A stretch of DNA of 64,000 nucleotides, taken from NCBI RefSeq assembly GCF_006345805.1, contig NC_043000.1:31930001-31994000 (forward strand), in the 5' to 3' direction. This document shows positions 62,520-64,000 of this stretch, piece after piece. Position 1 is the stretch's first letter, and every line of letters begins with the position of its first letter. The DNA is from Octopus sinensis (taxonomy: Eukaryota). Under the pieces are notes generated by a model. That model did not search any database. It saw only the letters and a list, made by a program, of their open reading frames with translations, and was not told the DNA's origin. Both the position numbers and the translations under genes were made by a program.

Positions 62520-62830
62520 AAACTGGCATTCCGTGAGTTACAACGACGAGGGTTCCTATTGATCTGATCAATGAAACAGACAGCTCGCGAAATTAACGTG
62601 CAAGTAGCTGAGTACTCCACAGACACGCGTAACCCTTAACATCTCAGGGAGAGTCAGCGTCACACAAAATGTAACGAGGTTGGTCTTTTGACCAACAGGT
62701 ACAATTTCTTTTGCCAGCTGAGTGGAACATCGTAAAATAAAGTGTCTTGCTCAAGAGCACGACGCGCCGCCAGGGAACGAACTCGTGACCCTACGATTGA
62801 GAATTGAATACACTATCCAGTAGAGCACGC
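62520..62830 (-). mobile_element. SINE sharing the family D tail, diverged
   Basis: caacgacgagggttcc..ttaacgtg..ctccacagacacgcgtaaccctt matches the reverse complement of 28020-28130. Confidence 0.7.
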
Positions 62831-63489
62831 GCAAGGTATGATGATATATAGCAGAGCGAGACGAAATTGTCCCAGCAGTTATTCACGAGAACAGCAGATG
62901 TTTTTCAGCATCCTTGAGACTTATCAGTGGCGTACACTCGCTCCGTCTGCTTTGACGTACGGCGAATACAGTGAATAATACATCCACTGATATTGAAGAA
63001 AGCCGCCGAGTTGAATAAAAAAAAACTCAGTGTACACAAATGAAATAGCTTTAAATTAAAATAGCCATTTGTGTATCATATACAACATATATGCATCATT
63101 GAATAGCATGATTCTCTAGTTACCATCTCTTAATAGATGTACTCTATAGAAACTTGATATCTATCGGAACGAGATTCTATCGTTCTGTCAGTGATTCACG
63201 AAAGCTCCAGATGTATTTCAGCCCGGCGGCTATTCGCAATATCTGTGAATGCGTTATTTACTGCCTTCTATATATCGAAGAGAACAGGTTTCGTTTAGGC
63301 ATGTGACAAACAGGTAAACGTCCTTGACAAAAAGACTGAAGAGCATCTGACGTTCTTGGGTCAACTGCTAGGGTAATTATAGTATCGCTCTGATAGGCAT
63401 TATATTTGTAGCACAGCAAGTCTTGTAAACAGACTTTATCTTGGACGAAAACAGCGGCATCATTCCTGCCAACGATATATATGTATGTA

Positions 63490-63623
<134 letters not shown>

Positions 63624-63633
63624 TTCAAATATA

Positions 63634-63994
63634 TAAGGGACGGCCATAATAGGACATCCGACTCACTAGAAAGAGCAGCCAAACTCCAAACCACTAATAG
63701 TTGTAATTCTGAAATAGATTTTGAAAATTTATAGCATATAGACTCGAGGCATGTTTATCATCGCCTCGTGGATATATGTTAGTCCTTGGCTTTTCTGCTG
63801 ACGAGGCAACGCCAGTGGTAAATAAATTAATTAAATTAATTTATTTACAAAAGATTGCCGAAACTGTGCATAGTCCAGAAAGGAGAGGGTAAACGTTTTT
63901 ATTTCTCTTTCCATTTCAGAATTACAACTATTAGTGGTTTGGAGTTTGGCTGCTCTTTCTAGTGAGTCGGATGTCCTATTATGGCCGTCCCTTA
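63634..63994. mobile_element. MITE with perfect 82-bp TIRs and TA flanks (Tc1/mariner-like)
   Basis: 63634-63715 is the exact reverse complement of 63913-63994; TA at 63632-63633 and 63995-63996. Confidence 0.85.
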
Positions 63995-64000
63995 TATGTT

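Overview
AT-rich, microsatellite-dense eukaryotic DNA. The repeat content (tRNA-derived SINEs, R4/Dong-type LINEs, huge (TA)n tracts) points to an Octopus/cephalopod genome; this is inferred from repeats only. No host gene can be established, and only a few weak exon-like ORFs are seen in unique sequence. Main content: (1) about 13 copies or fragments of RT + restriction-like-endonuclease (R4/Dong clade) LINEs from several subfamilies, all on the minus strand and mostly strung head-to-tail through (TTA)n arrays; (2) a non-coding ~560-bp element that uses the same (TAA)n target and shows 5' truncation; (3) about a dozen Penelope-type terminal fragments carrying type I hammerhead-ribozyme folds, many with non-standard catalytic cores (CCGANGA, UUGAAAA with U3:A8, CUGUCGA); (4) a SINE that forms TSD-flanked dimers and tetramers through the same palindromic junction at three loci; (5) Tx1/L1, CR1-like and RTE-like LINE fragments, two MITEs and a small Helitron. 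All calls are made by eye, and no database search or folding program was run.
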